The position numbers were made by a program, and so were the translations under genes. Under the pieces are notes generated by a model. The model made no database searches, had not been told where the DNA came from, and saw only the letters and a list, made by a program, of their open reading frames with translations. A stretch of DNA of 64,000 nt, taken from the NCBI GenBank assembly GCA_964304625.1, contig OZ199839.1, forward strand, positions 9,066,528 through 9,130,527, written 5' to 3'. The DNA is from Kudoa neothunni (lineage: Eukaryota; Animalia; Cnidaria). Shown here piece after piece: positions 1 through 14,689 of this stretch. Position 1 is the first letter of the stretch; each line of letters starts with the position of its first letter.

Positions 1-400
1 AGTATTAAATTTGGTGTCTCATTAATAATGAGAGAAAATCTTCTTGCGCGCAATACGGAAGCTAACTCCTTAAAATTCTGATTATATATAATAGGAAAAT
101 ACTTGACCATTAACGTTCGGCCATCAGATGGAAAGCTTGATGTGGGAAAACACTTTAGAACAAAATTCCGAAGTCTGATGTTATTGTCGTTTAATCCAAA
201 TACCATACCATGAGAAACTGCCATAGATACATTAAATCACGTTCATTGTTAGCACTGTATCGATCTCAATAGAAACATATTGACGGAAAAACGTGTTGGC
301 GTGAATTCATAATCGAAATGTGTTTCTTCGAGATCGAATTCATTTGTATTCGATTTCGTTTAGTCAGAAGTTTTACTAATTGGTATTAATATATTATTTC
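1..400 (-). mobile_element. Degenerate hAT transposase fragment, cut by the window edge
   Basis: Minus-strand translation gives LRNFVLKCFPTSSFPSDGRTL and ARRFSLIINETP. These parallel LRNFLFKYCPAS*SLPDGRVL and DVRFSLIVDESP in the hAT at 56 kb. The right boundary is approximate. Confidence 0.65.
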
Positions 401-2939
401 ACTTTATATTGGCTCACCCAAGTCTCCTTCATTCACCAAACTATCCATCACCTCTTATTTCTTCCCACATTTACTTAACGTCCTTTTTAAAAATGAAAAT
501 AAATAAAGATGAAAAGTATAAAAAAAATCGACAACTCAAGTCTAAACTTGCATATCCTAGTTTTAGATGTTTTAGTTCATAAAGGTATATCCGAAAAATG
601 TAAAAAAATATAATTATAAATGCAGATCGATTGGGTCTTTCTTAAATCAAATAGATTTTATCTAATTAATATATATTAAGTTCTTATGTCTGTCGAGGTG
701 TGTTTGCAACAGTACGTATGTGACATGGCGAAACTTTTTTTTAGTAAAGTTTTAAGTTTGTATTTGAATAGGTGATACCTTTTATAAAAATCGTTCATTT
801 ACTTAGAAGTACAAATATAATCAATATTGCAGTCAGAAGTAAGGAATTTTCTGGTTGCCTATACCAATAAGCAATAAGCAATAAACAGATCAGAAAGTAC
901 CTGAATAATATTGAAGTTTGTTAACTTTGGAGTGATGGTCAATTAAAATGAACTTTCACTCATTGTATACAAAAAGAATCTGCTGATTATGATGTATAAT
1001 GTTTTAAACATGTTACATATGTCTGTTTGGCGTAATTTTACGACAAAAAAATATTAGCGTTACATTTACAAGAGTTTTTGAACTTCCCTTAAAATTTCGA
1101 GCATAATCACATTATTTAGGACGTATTTTCACTTTTCAAGGGTTATGGATATAGTTAAGCGGCAGGAATTATGATCATTTTAAATAAACACATAATTTGA
1201 GATTATAAGTTATTGCCACTTTGGAATAATTTTGGTCTCTATACGCATTCTAAAAACCTTGTAAGATGTGTGTAGAGTTTTCAAATAATTAAATTTCTGT
1301 GATAGCTTCTTAAATGAAAATTTCTTTTTATCAAATATATCGATTGAGATTGAAATTATATTCGCCATTTCGATAAGTTTTTAGTCATTTTTTGATTTTC
1401 CTAAACTTCCTTGCAAAACAGCTGGCATGACTAATTCAATGAGTTTCTCTACTTGATGAGATAATTTGTTTAAATAATGTTTAAGTCCTTAGTAGACTAA
1501 TTATTCCATGTCCCCAGACCCAGACCCAGAACTTAAGGTTAATATTCAAATCAATATAGAATTTTCTTTTCGCTAAAAATAATTAAGTATGATATAAAAG
1601 CTGAAAGAAATATGCGACACCTCATTTTATACATAGTTTACGAATTTATATTCACGATTACTTTTGCACAAAATACAGTCCACTCTCGATACGTGTCATG
1701 TAAGTTAATAAGAAATTATTGGTCTACTCGATCTAGCCGATAGTTTCACATTGTTTCCGTTAATTTAAGAATAGGTCAATACAAACAAATATTTTGGAGA
1801 AATTAAACAGTACGTTTATTTTTTAAAGGGTGCACTCCTTCGAGAAAACCAGTTGATATCTAAATATTTAAGCATTACTGTAATTTATCAACCATAAAAC
1901 AGCTTAACATTTTAGATTTAATCGTATTTTGTTAATTACATTTGTATATTTTGAAACCAGTAAGTATTTTTGTTACAAAGAAAGGCTTCATTTATTTAAA
2001 AATCGGGAAATTATGTTAAAACAGTGAATACGTAATTTACCACTCACAGATTATTAAAACCTCATTAACATCCGTTATAAAATTGCAAAAAGAAGTAACA
2101 ATATTTTTATTCCTGACTCACCGTAGGTCGATTTTGATTATTCATCGTTTGTAGACAAATAATGAATTTTATAACTAAAAGGATTAATTTTTATCGTAAG
2201 ATTTTGAAACAAAAAACTGAAAGTCTTATTTAATATTTAAGTTACTTAATGATTTTTCTTAATCAATGTAATAAACTTTAACAGCTAATTATATTTCTCA
2301 TAAAATTGAGGTTATTATATTTTTTTAGTAAATAATTTGTAACATAAACTTAAAAATACTCATTAATTTCTATCAATACCTTTATTTATATTTGAATGGA
2401 AATTGGGTGCATAATTTGGTGTATCTAAATCACCGCATTGAAAAAATAACGTCAAGTTATAAAATTCATAAATAAATGGAGAAATAAAATTTACAAGGTT
2501 TAACTTACTGATTAGATTAAATCTCCAGTAGAATTTCTCCATTCAACAAAAAAATGAAAGTTAAAATTTCCCTCCACATAGTGCACATGGTACCAGGCAA
2601 AGCTAGATATTAACGCTACTATTTCATAGTAATTTAAAGTTTTTGATAACTCAAGAATGTATCTTATAATATTATATAGCTTTTTATAGAGATTAACAAT
2701 TGAATTATTTAATATGAAAAACAAAATATCAACGGAAAAACTATAATAGTTTTTTAATGCTTCTAGTACGAACTTAATCGCGTTAATTAAAGTCAGGTAA
2801 TTCCTTTACGCTCGAAGAGGAATTAATATTGTTATAAATAGATTTTTAAAGAGAAAACACTTAGTAATGAATAAAATTTTGTTAGAAGGGTAATTTGAAT
2901 GAAACAATAATTCGAGGGAAGTGTCGGATAGTAGATATG

Positions 2940-4857
2940 TTAAATTTTATTTTCTGTTGATGGTTTAGCTACAATGGTGCATAAATAATGGAAATAATGA
3001 CAATGACATACGTTTTGCCCATTCTTGGACTTCACTTGATCCAAATATGGTAAATGGTAGTCCAAACAATAAACCGACACTTGCGATAATCAAAAAGGTG
3101 TATCTCCAGCCAAGTTTATTCCCCTATACTTACATTAACAATCCATTGATTTTACACTAAAACAATACATAATGATCAGTTAACTTTCCATTTATTAACT
3201 GGATAATGAATCCAGAAGTGGTAGCAAAAGTGTTGTTGATTCCCACAATTATTCCAGAGTAACCTGGCGCCGTTTCTATCGTGGCAGTAACAAACCCACT
3301 GTAATTGCAAGCAAGGAAGGACATTGCAATGGAAATTAGTACAATCGAGTAGAGAGGGGTATTGACGGGAACGTATCCAACTGGATAAAGGAATGTACAA
3401 GAACCAATGAATGCCAAGCCAGTAGTGAATCGTCGCAGATTACTCGCATTGTATCCTCGTTTGGTGCGAAGATAATCTATCAACATAGGATAGCACACGA
3501 GTACTACGAAGTTTCCCAAGAATGGGATGATGGAATAGTAGACAGCCTAATGTGAAATCAGTGTTCAAACTATCCATATGTAAAACAAGTAGTAGTCATT
3601 TATAGCACCACCACACAATAAATGAATAGAACAAATGAGTATGGGATCGGATTCAAAGGGTGTGTAGATCAAAAATTTAATTTATTTGAAGGGATTTAAT
3701 TTTTTTTCCTAATCATTTAAAAGGTTCAGTATTACTTTGTCGTCTTTAACGTTGCACACCTCTTTAAGGTAAAAGGAGAGTCTGACTAAAAACGTGAAAA
3801 GTATTGACATATGGCCAAACTGGGCCAACGTTTGATACCAAACCTGAGGACTTAACATTATATCTTTGAACGGTATACTCTAGCGTACAAATAACCACTA
3901 AATTAAATCTAAATTGAATAATACTTTCAAAGATTTTGAAGGTATAGATTTTTGTACGCTAGATTTTTGAATGAATTCCATCTCACTGTCGCCGATCCAA
4001 CGACTTTCCTGAGGCGAGTTGGAAACAACCACCACCCAGATTATAACAGCCAGAACATTAAAGCCACCTATAACGATTGTGAAGAAATTTATAAATATCT
4101 TAGATCAAGTACCGCTGACGTATAAAAATACCTTCCATCCATTTGTTAGTGAAGGCGAGCTACAAATGATTCCACCAAGAACATACGCAAAAATAACACC
4201 AAACAGGTTGCCTTTATTAATAGAAAAATTTTGAACGCATCCAATAAACTTACAACTGTACAGAACACTGTTGAATACACTTCTTTCGCTAATGGGACTC
4301 CAAGCACCAACTAGGCGATTCTTTGCTGGGAATAAAGGTCCCTTGAATTAGGTGGATTAACGTACAAATTATCAAAAGTATCTACTGCCATAAGACCCAT
4401 TAATATCCTGAAAATTGTTAATGGAATAGGCCCAAATCTCTCGAGCACTGGGCACAAAATCACCAACACACTTGATGATGCCAAGCAAACAGTAATAATA
4501 AGTTTCGAACCATAGTAAAATGTCAGTAAACTTCCAAGAAATTGTCCAGCCATGTAGCCATAGAAATATGAGGCAAGGAGTTGGCCTGAATACCAAAAAA
4601 ACAAGTTAATCAAAAAATACAATGTGCTTGTATATATAGTTGGGATATTACTTCTCTCGGGCATGGTCCAAACATAGGTCTCATTATTTGTCTACAAAAA
4701 ATGTTAACAAAAATTTAATGATAGCCTATATAACGGCATTCATTGATTTGTTGTATTGGAATTTAAGACTAGCCACAGTCATGTTGACTCTAGTTTGAAA
4801 AAGTGCAACCATACACAACCATATGGCAAATATAATAGCATATCGGAATCGTTTCAT
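2940..4857 (-). CDS. SLC17-family (sialin/VGLUT-like) MFS anion transporter, copy 1, multi-exon
   Basis: Spliced translation: MKRFRYAIIFAIWLCMVALFQTRVNMTVA, LLASYFYGYMAGQ, W.PISER, VSNSPQESRWIGDSEMEFI, IETAPGYSGIIVGINNTFATTSG, FGSSEVQEWAK. These are SLC17 signatures; introns are GT-AG. Confidence 0.88.
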
Positions 4858-6781
4858 TTTGTCACTAAACAACGTATCACAGTTTAAATGAATTAAGCGT
4901 TTGTTACAAGAAGAACCCGGTAATCTCCTTATTTTCTTAAATATTCTGTGTAATTAATCCATTACACAAATGTGCAAAACAGATCTTCAAAGACGTTTTA
5001 TTGTTTGTCTCCTTACTCATCGAGACAAATCATTTACAGAGTTCAAATTTAGTGTATAAATATCAAAAGAAAATTTTTCCAAAAATTTTGGAATTATTTA
5101 ATTAATTATTTTATAGTAGAACTAGAAACTTTTCGCGATAGATTTTTGCGTAAAGCCGCTCTTATATCTTAGAAAATCTTAGTAATTAATGACTTTAGTT
5201 ATTTAGTCACGTGTGTTAATTTCAAATATTTTATTTTTCGTTTGATAATATCACGATGTTAAATAAGTTTTATGAAACTGAATTTTGGTGCATTAATCCT
5301 TCTCTTTGGTGATTCTGCGGTAAAACAGAGCATATATAATTTATTAATTTAATCTTAAATTTTAAGGTAATACCTTATAAGCTTAATACAGAGAGTTAAT
5401 TGTTTATCTTACTAACAAATTTTATGTTCTTGTATTTTTTCGTTACATGTATATAATTAACAAAGTCAAAACAATTATTATAATTACAGTATATTAATTA
5501 TATACAATAAGGTCAAAATAATAATGAGGGAGTACTTTAAAGGAGGTGTTTTACGAAATGTATTTTATCTATTTTACGTGACTAACTAGCTACCATCTTG
5601 TATATAAGTGTTTGAATTTGTTTAGTTAATACTGGAACGATTTCAAACATGTTTGAAAAGTATTAGTAGTTTATTTTTATCAAATGATTCATGTTTTAAA
5701 ATGAAAAATACTGAATGTGTCACTTTTGCGATTTATTCTGATTCCTATTTCTAATCTGCGTAACAACTAACACAAGAAGAATGAATTATTTTTAAAATGT
5801 AACGCAATTCAGGCATTAATAAAAAAAACTAAAAAATTGATCGAATGATGAATTTTACACCAGGTCTTATGAAGTATTAATTTTGTTAAGAATCATGAAA
5901 ACTGATTTCTGTAGTCGATGTCCTAAATATCATAATTACGAGGGAAAAATTGGCCAAGACATCCACAAGACAAGAATTTACGATTTTTTTGAAAATTCTC
6001 CGCTTTTATATTTAAGAATTGTCATTATTTAGGGGGAGTTTCCGATACATTCAAAAACTTTAGAGAAACGGACGGTCAAGTGGAGTGATATTGTTGAAGA
6101 ACATTTTTCTGATTCTTTGTACAATTTAGATTAGATTATAGATATAATTAATCTACCGTTATATCAATAGAAGGATGATATTTATTTTCATAGTATATAA
6201 AGATATTATAAAATTAAGTTAGATTCCATGCTGTAAAAGATATCTTAAAAGGATTTTTTGGTTTAGTATGTGTATTTTTCATTATGGTCGAGCACAAGAA
6301 CCTTTGATTGATCATGATAAGTATGACTTTTAAATAAATGCAAAATGGATCCGTTTCAATCCAAAAAATAACCATGAATGATGGATGAACAATTTATGAG
6401 AAACTAATGTTTTAAAGTGATTACATTTTTTTTGTTACTTTATACTTCTTTTAACCATCATGAAATAAAATTATACATCGTTCTTGTGTTTTTAAAAATG
6501 TTCGAAAATATACTTACAACCAAAAGATGGATAGATCTTTAATCATTCTTTTGAATTCATTAAAAAAATCTTCTTTTTAACCTTCCGAACACCCCAAAAA
6601 CGACTTTACATATATCTTCTTTTAATTTAAATTGATTCTAAAGAAGTAATGTGTATATACTTTTAATTATTAAATTAATTAATCGTGTTTATTTGCATCA
6701 GATGGAAAAATGTAATATAATAAAATAGATTTATTTTTAAGATAATTGGCACTCTTTGAATAAGCATAAAACACACTACAA

Positions 6782-7015
6782 AGTCGTTTTCCAGTCATCT
6801 TGGTTTGCAGATCACCGATTAACTAAGCTAAGTGAATATGAACCCCTAAATATATTAACCACGTATGTTTATACTTATAATATTGTTATAAAATAATATC
6901 TTCAAAGTCGGTTCATATTGTAGCTAGGAATTTACGAAAGGCTAATTTTTAAGAGTAAAAGATTTTTACTGGTACTTCTGAAATTAAGAAGCAGGTTCCA
7001 GATAGGGAAACACTG
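6782..7015. mobile_element. hAT/Charlie-like MITE, copy 1 (left end degraded)
   Basis: Colinear similarity to 11914-12150 (gaacccctaaat, aagtcgg, gagtaaaag). Ends in gggaaacactg. Confidence 0.65.
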
Positions 7016-8327
7016 CCTTAGACAGTCGGAGGGTTAACAAACGAACTCCACATAGTAGATTTAATCTTCGCCATCTCAAAAATATTTTCCACTCATGTTA
7101 TATAAACAGGCGCCATTCTCAATGGTTTTCGTCACTTATTCGCTATCGTAATAATGCATTTATTTTTTGAAATAAGAGTTAAAATAACAGTAGACGTTAA
7201 TTTTCAATTATTTAATTTTGTATATTCATAAAAAAACTTCTTTTTTGAATGTTCTGTTTAGATTAAAACCGAACTGATCTCAATCATAATTATCAATGTC
7301 ATCGAATTCAACAAGTTACCTTACTAGTTAGTTAGTGTAAAAACGGTATATTTGGAAAAACTACCAATTCAAACCACGGAGTTCAGTAGACAGAAAGTAA
7401 TGTTATATTTGAACCCTTTCATGTCCATTATTGTAGTCTAATGACAATATATAATGTCAACATGTTATTTATATGCTCAAAAATTTGTAACCAGCTATTA
7501 TCATCAAATTATAGGAAAAATGAAAATCAATTAAAAATCCTATTCATTTGCATGATAACCAGGAAAACTTTTAAATCAATCTTTAAATGCATTGAACATT
7601 TATTTTTGATCTGATTTGTAAACAAACGCTTAAGAAAATCAATATGTTTGCATCAATAAATTTTTTGTCCGTGCACGACAATTTTAATATTAACTTTTCA
7701 TTTTAAAAACTAATCCATATTTATAAATATTGCACACTTTCATAAATAGATACAACAGATTGAATTTTGGTGTATATATTTTTTTACTTGATGTAAATGT
7801 ATTACATAATTATAAATACTGATTAATTAAATAATACACAACAATAATTGTTGTATAACTTTTTTAAATTAATTTCCCAACTTTTAAAATATATATATGA
7901 ATATTTTTACACTATGGCAAATTATATTTCAAGAAAAATATAGTACCAAATTTAATTTATTAATGCAAAATTAATTAAGTACACTTTTTAACGCGGCGCC
8001 TTTAAAATTTTTAATTATTAACTCCAATTTGATAATTTTTTTAATAGATATACGTGACATTAACATTGTAAAACTTTATTGGAGATAATATCCAACGTAG
8101 AGCGCCAGGAAGATACATTTTTTTCGTGTTCATTTAAAATTTTAGTAAACGCTAGCAAAGAAAAGATTAAGATATAATTTTATTCAAATAAATTAGAAAC
8201 TACCAACTGAATCAACCAGACAATATCAAATAAATATAATGAATATATTTTTCTCAAAAAATGACATGTAGCATAGATCGGTGTTCAAATTTACTTTTGA
8301 ATTAAAATAATCCCTTACTACACCACC

Positions 8328-10282
8328 TTAAACTCTTCGTTCTTTTCTTAAAGTTTTAACTATAAACCAAATTATAATAATATAAACATCATAATAATTT
8401 GGTAATAGATATAATAACATGCCCCGTGCCCAATCTTGCAATTCGCATGATCCAAATACGGTAAACGGTATACTACATAATATCCCGTTAATAACAAGAA
8501 GAAAGAAGGTGTAACGCCAGCCAAGGTAGCTTCCCTATTAAATCAAAATAACGCCTTTTGGCAAAAATTCAATATAATTGTACCATTTTTTCTGTTAATT
8601 TTCCATTGATCAACAGTATGATGAAACCAGCAGTGGTAGCAAATGTGTTGTTGATGCCAACGATTATTTCTGCGTAGCACGGAGCGATTTCTATTGTTGC
8701 AGTTATATATCCGCTGTAGTTACAGGCCATGAAGGACATAGCGCCTGAGATCAATCCAATCGAGCACCAGTGATGTTTTGGAGACAAAAGCCCAACTGGT
8801 ATTAGTAATAAGCAAGAACCAAAAAAAGCTAAACCGGTGCTAAATCGTCGAAGTTTCGTAACATTGTAGCCCATTTTATTGCGAAGACAATCCATCAACA
8901 TAGAATAAAACAAAATCATAAAAAAATACCCTCCAAATGGAATAACAGAATAGAAAACAGCCTAATGGGGAAAAATTATTCAAATTATTTTATAAATTTT
9001 CTATTTTCAATTAATTAATACCAACTTATACTTTTTTATTTAGTAAATTAACGATAGAAAATTTGCTTTGTCATTTGCGTATTATATTTTAAAATTTTAA
9101 AAAGTATAAGTAAAATTTTTATATTTTGTTTCAGTAGTTTGATGGCGTTGTAATAACCTTATCATCGGGAAGTTTGAATACATCTTTAAGATAAAAAGCC
9201 ATGCCGATCAGAATAGTGTAAAGTATCGATAAGTGGCCAAATTGAGCTAGACATTGAAACCAAACCTGGGGGCATTTCAGTATTTGCTTGAAGGGTATAT
9301 CCTAACAAGGTATAGATGGTGGAAAATAAACCTCTTTATAACCTTCCAAGACTCCACGTGTGTAGATTTTTTTACGGTGTTGTTTTTAATGAATTGTCTT
9401 TCTTTGTCGCTAACCCAGCGATTATTTTGAGGAGAATCGGATACAGTTACAATCCAAACAAAAGCCGCGATAATATTAAAGCAAGCTATGTGATAAGATG
9501 AATACACTGGTTCATATTGCAAAATCACACAGATTATGTATAGAAACTCTTCCCATCCCGTCTCAAACACATTGACATTGAACGTTATTCCTCCGACCAC
9601 ATTGGTAACAATAGCAGCAAATAGGTTACCTTGATTAGTAGAACATTCTTTCGGACAACGCTATACTATTTACCTGTATGTATAATACCATAAAATCGAC
9701 CTCTTTCGCTGAAAAGGGCCCAATTTGCAATAAGGCGACTCCTTGCTGGGAAAAATGGTCCCTTAAACGATATCCTTATAGACAGCGATAAAGATATTGT
9801 AAAAATACTGCAAAAATCCCCAACGCCACTCTAATAATTGTTAGAGGAAAAAGTCCAAGTTTTACCACGTATGGACAAAGCATGGACAATACTGATGATG
9901 ATATGAGACAGATAGTTATAATACGTTTGGGACCAAAGAAAAATGAGAGCATGCTCCCGGGAAATTGACTTATCATAAAGCCATAAAAATATGAGGCCCA
10001 TAGACGACCTATTTTTTGGAAGGGATACGTAAAATTACAATGGTTACTATCCCATTTAAATTGGAATATAATTTACTTCTTTCTAATTCAGTCCAATTAT
10101 ATTGGGTCTCATTTGAAGCCTAAATTATCGAGATCGAATACAATTTTGTAGAATCAAACTCCAATATGTACTACATTATATGAGAATTTAATGCCGGCCA
10201 CACTTAAACTGATTTTGGTTTGCAAAAATGCCACTAAACTCAACCAAATCGCAAAAGCAACCACATACCTATAGTAAATCAT
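8328..10282 (-). CDS. SLC17-family MFS anion transporter, copy 2 (tandem paralog), multi-exon
   Basis: MIYYRYVVAFAIWLSLVAFLQTK, LWASYFYGFMISQFPG, VSDSPQNNRWVSDKERQFI, IEIAPCYAEIIVGINNTFATTAG, FGSCELQDWAR. Intron positions match copy 1. Confidence 0.88.
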
Positions 10283-11913
10283 TCCTGATTAGAAACGGCT
10301 TAACACATTCCAATATAATTTAATTTTTTTGTAAATGACTAGTTTAATCGCATTAACCACTTGAATTGAATAATTTAATTTAAGAATAAAATATTTACTT
10401 CAAGCGAGCTTATACCAATCGGCCATATATTCACATTCAAATGAAATTCATATTATCTCTTGATCTTCCGTGATCAAAAACGAGTCACCTAACTATAATT
10501 CATAAATTTTGGGATTTTCTGTTGTTAATTCTTGATGTCGAAAAACGTTAACTGGATAATGATACTTTATTTAAACTCATTTATGTTGATTATTGTAGAG
10601 TTGGGGATTCCCATTCTGATGTAGAGAGAAACCGTATATTCGCTTTTAATTTTTGTCAATTGTCTAAAAGTTTATTAAAATTGTTTTAAAAATTTTAGAG
10701 TTGCCATTTCAAAGAAAATAACTCGTTAATGAACAAATTAATCATGTATCTGAATATTTGACGAATTATACCGTACGTACAGCTATCTTAATAAAAAAAT
10801 TCCTGAAATATTGTTTCAATGAATCTGTCTTCATGTAATTTAAATAGTAATCGTAAAATTCATCCTTACTTGTTAGATTCTTGTAAAACAATAAGCCGTG
10901 GATTACTAAATTTATTAAAATTTTACATTTTTGTTGAGAGAAAAATATGTTATGTGTGGCCGTTTATCAAACTACATCAGAAACTCCATTTTTCATCGGT
11001 TTAATCCGGTAGGAATATTAACAATATAAATAAGAAGAAATGTAGAATACGTTCTTAACTTTATTCTTTTTTCTATACTTTCTATGATGCTTAATGCTTA
11101 TTTAAATTTTTTATATATTTCCCATTATTTTTGAAAAACGCGATTTCAGCCTAAATGATTCTCTTTAAAAGGATTAATCATTAAAAATTTAAAATACGCT
11201 CAAAAAAGTCAACGCACAGTTGTAATATTGTGGATGATTTATATTTACCAATCCATTAATTTATCAACAAAATTTATTTTCTTCGGTTCAATGGATGCAT
11301 TAGATTAAATTTACTCTGGAAAAATATTTAAATTCCTATTATTGAACAATTAGTTAATTCACCAAATTATAAACTTATTTTTCATTTAATTTCTAGACAC
11401 ATTTTGGTTGGATATACTCTAAACAAGAGAAATATTTGAAAAAAGAGAAATATTTATACGTATGGTATTGATTATACATTCATAATTGGAAATAAATTTT
11501 GTTTTGATTCCACAAGTCCTACAAATAGCTATTTTTAGATTTAATCGCTCCGATTTGTTTTCAAATTATAAAAGTTGGTAAACTGAAAATAAAGAGCTGA
11601 ATAGTTTTCGTTTTTGTATATCAAGAAAATTATTAAAAAGATACTTCAAAATATAAATAATTCTGCGCATTATTTAAACTTTACAGCAGGACTAATTCCT
11701 TAGTGTAATCCACACTTTGTTTATGTTTAATAATTAACATTCATGCGTTCGTGTTTGGAGGTATTCCAAATTTTGTTCACAATTGCTGAATCACAAACAA
11801 TTTTTAATAGATTACGTATATTGGTAGTCAATTAAATTAATCCCAGTATCATAAAACACTCCTAAGAAAAATAAAAACTACTTGAGATTTTTTCATATTA
11901 GTTTCCTTTAGAA

Positions 11914-12150
11914 CAATGTTTCCCATATTTGTTAGTCCATGGACCTCCGACTAACTAATCTAAATGAACACGAACCCCTAAATGTACAAATCACGTAAAT
12001 ATATGTTTATGATATTATTGTTTCGGAATTATTTTTTTGAAGTCGGCTGTTATTATAACCACAAATTTACTAAGGTCTAATTTTTCGGAGTAAAAGCTCG
12101 CTCATGGAACCCCTGAAATAAGTGCGTGGACCCCAGGTTGGGAAACACTG
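11914..12150. mobile_element. hAT/Charlie-like MITE, copy 2
   Basis: TIRs caatgtttccca / tgggaaacactg. The flanks ctttagaa / ctttaata resemble a decayed 8-bp target-site duplication. A similar TIR (caatgtttcccaaac) occurs at about 38489. Confidence 0.72.
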
Positions 12151-12165
12151 CTTTAATACGAATAT

Positions 12166-12700
12166 ATGATTGAAAATAAACTATACGTCAATTTTGAAAA
12201 AGGATTAAAAATAAAAAATAATGATAATAATTTTAAATTTTCTCCGAATATCACCATTCAGTATGAAATAACGACCAACAAAGCTCGTAAAAATATTGCT
12301 AATAACAGCGGCATGCACTTTGGCTTATATCATTTAGGCCAGTGTGTATGGCGAGAAATACAAAAATTTGGGTTGTCAAAATTATTTTGTTCAGATATGC
12401 AATTCCGATTGCATTTCAAATCATATTTCTCGCTCCCTTTTGTTTCTGAAGATCGTGTACTGGATTAATACTCTAATCTAAATTATGAGGCAGAGAGTAT
12501 TATTGATTAGTAAAAATGATAAATTCTTCAATTATTTTAATACTATACTTTTATCATAGTTATATTCTATCCCGTCATGGAATGGTAAATTTTGCATTTT
12601 TAATAACATTCTCGTAATTAAAACCTACGATATGTTTCAACAAAACATTCTCTTTTAGATTTGTCCAATCCCATTCTGGATTCAACATTTTTGTTATAAA
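12166..12700 (+). mobile_element. MULE/Mutator transposase remnant
   Basis: YHLGQCVWREIQKFGL...D.QFR..FK..FSLPFV matches the MULE CxFH..QA.WRKIQ..GL region. The downstream part has stops. Confidence 0.75.
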
Positions 12701-14467
12701 ATATAAATATTAGCAACGTTTGGTGAAACAGTATATTGAAGTATTAATGTCAAATCCAACATCATATAAACAGCGGTAAGAATAATTGAGAATCAAAAAG
12801 ATGCAGGAAATCTCTTCAAAATACCATCAATATAAAGTAACATGCAGCTACGATCAATTGAAAAACATACAACTGAATTATCTTGAAAAAGTCTCAGTAC
12901 AACCATCTAATTTGTATATATTATAACAAATTCTATTTTTACATGCCGAAGTTCAAAATATTATATTTTCTTGTCCGTTCAACATAAACGGACCTCAAGT
13001 ATTAAAATATAGCGAGGTATCATATAAACGTGATAACAAAACTATTAATAAGATAAAGACTGAGAGAATGCCAAGGATATTAGCGTGGTGGTTATACCGT
13101 AGGGTGAATTCTCATAGTGGATGTATGCTGTTGAAACACTGGATCGAATACTACCTCATTATGTTCTGGGGCATGATTGAGCAACTAAAAGATTAAATTG
13201 ACGATAAATCCAGTGTAAGTTACACATACTTTAAACATGATGATTATGTTATGCTTTTCAAGGAATATTTCGCTCAACTTTCGTAAAAGTACAAGATTTT
13301 GAATTGTGTTAATAATTGTTGACACCACTTGCATCTAAAAACATTCTGTGATGGAAAATGCGCAATATTCTTCGACGCCAATTATAAATTTGACTATACA
13401 TCTCGTATTTTTTTGATTGAATGAGTCACAAATTTTAATCAGTTTTTACTATTATTATTATTCGAAAATATTATACTCATCCAATGAGATATAAATAAAT
13501 ACTCTATTGCCGATAACGACCCAAAATTGTCGAAAAGGCTTTAATTATTCCACAATTAAATAATTCATAGAATTTAATGGCATGACGTGGTTAAGTTTAG
13601 TGAAATATTTATTTTAGGATATTACAATGATAAATTTAAGGGGAATGCATTATAAGAACTAATCATTTATATTAAAATTTTTAACTACCGTTTTTTAAAT
13701 ATTGAAATAAATTAAGAGATACTACATATTTATTCAAAAATAGAAATAGTGAGTATTATCGGCTTTAAGAAATAAGGTCTTCATGATACCACTCATTGGA
13801 ATATATATATATATATATCGGTTAATTGAGATACATTAATTTGTTGATTTTATCTGTCATGGAAAATAATATATTTTCATATTCAAATAAAACAATAAAA
13901 TATCACTTCAGTTCAAAATGATATTCCTCGTCCTACGCATTCACATGGAACAATTTTAAAATGATAACAGCAAAGATTTAAGCATTTAAATTTTAAAACA
14001 ACTGGTTATTTTCTTATTGAACGGAAATCTAGACAACATATAATACATTTTTTCGGAGGAAAATGGTGTTTTCATGCATTGGTATGTTGGTATCAATAAA
14101 ATCAAATACGTTACCAACACATCTGGCAATCTTTCTGAGTTTTTGAGGCTCGAGATGTCGGTATTTTTAAATATAGCTTTTTATGTATAAAATGAATTCA
14201 CGAGGTTTAGATCGATCCTATAAAAAATTAATAGGTAATCCCATCATACTTTTCCACGCTAGTCATTGACAGAATGTGATATACCGTACTAATGCCACCA
14301 TTGGTCATGTTATAATGAAAAATAAACATATTATTATTATTTATTTCTTGGCATAATAAAGTCCAATAAAGAAGAAAGTGAAGATGATCGTGTTATTAAT
14401 GTCAATTTCGTTCGTATTTGTTATCAAAAAAACGATAAAATAATTATAATTGGCTCTTAACATAAAA

Positions 14468-14543
14468 TGACCTTGGCCTATTCCAGGCCAAAGTCAGCGT
14501 GGTCTGGCAAGGAAGCCTAAGCGAAGCGGGGCTTTTGTGCTAG
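14468..14543 (+). mobile_element. Helitron/Helentron-like 3' terminus
   Basis: Hairpin tgaccttggcc...ggccaaagtca, then hairpin aagcc..gcgaagc..ggctt, then CTAG|T. Confidence 0.6.
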
Positions 14544-14689
14544 TCTTCAATAATCCGATCTGGTGCCATTTTGCAATCACGCGTAATGAATCTAAATTAG
14601 CCCACACGGAGGAATGTGAGCCAAATATATTAAAGAACAGACTTTTAAACATTTTTTTATAACATTAACGATTTTTATTATTCACAGTT

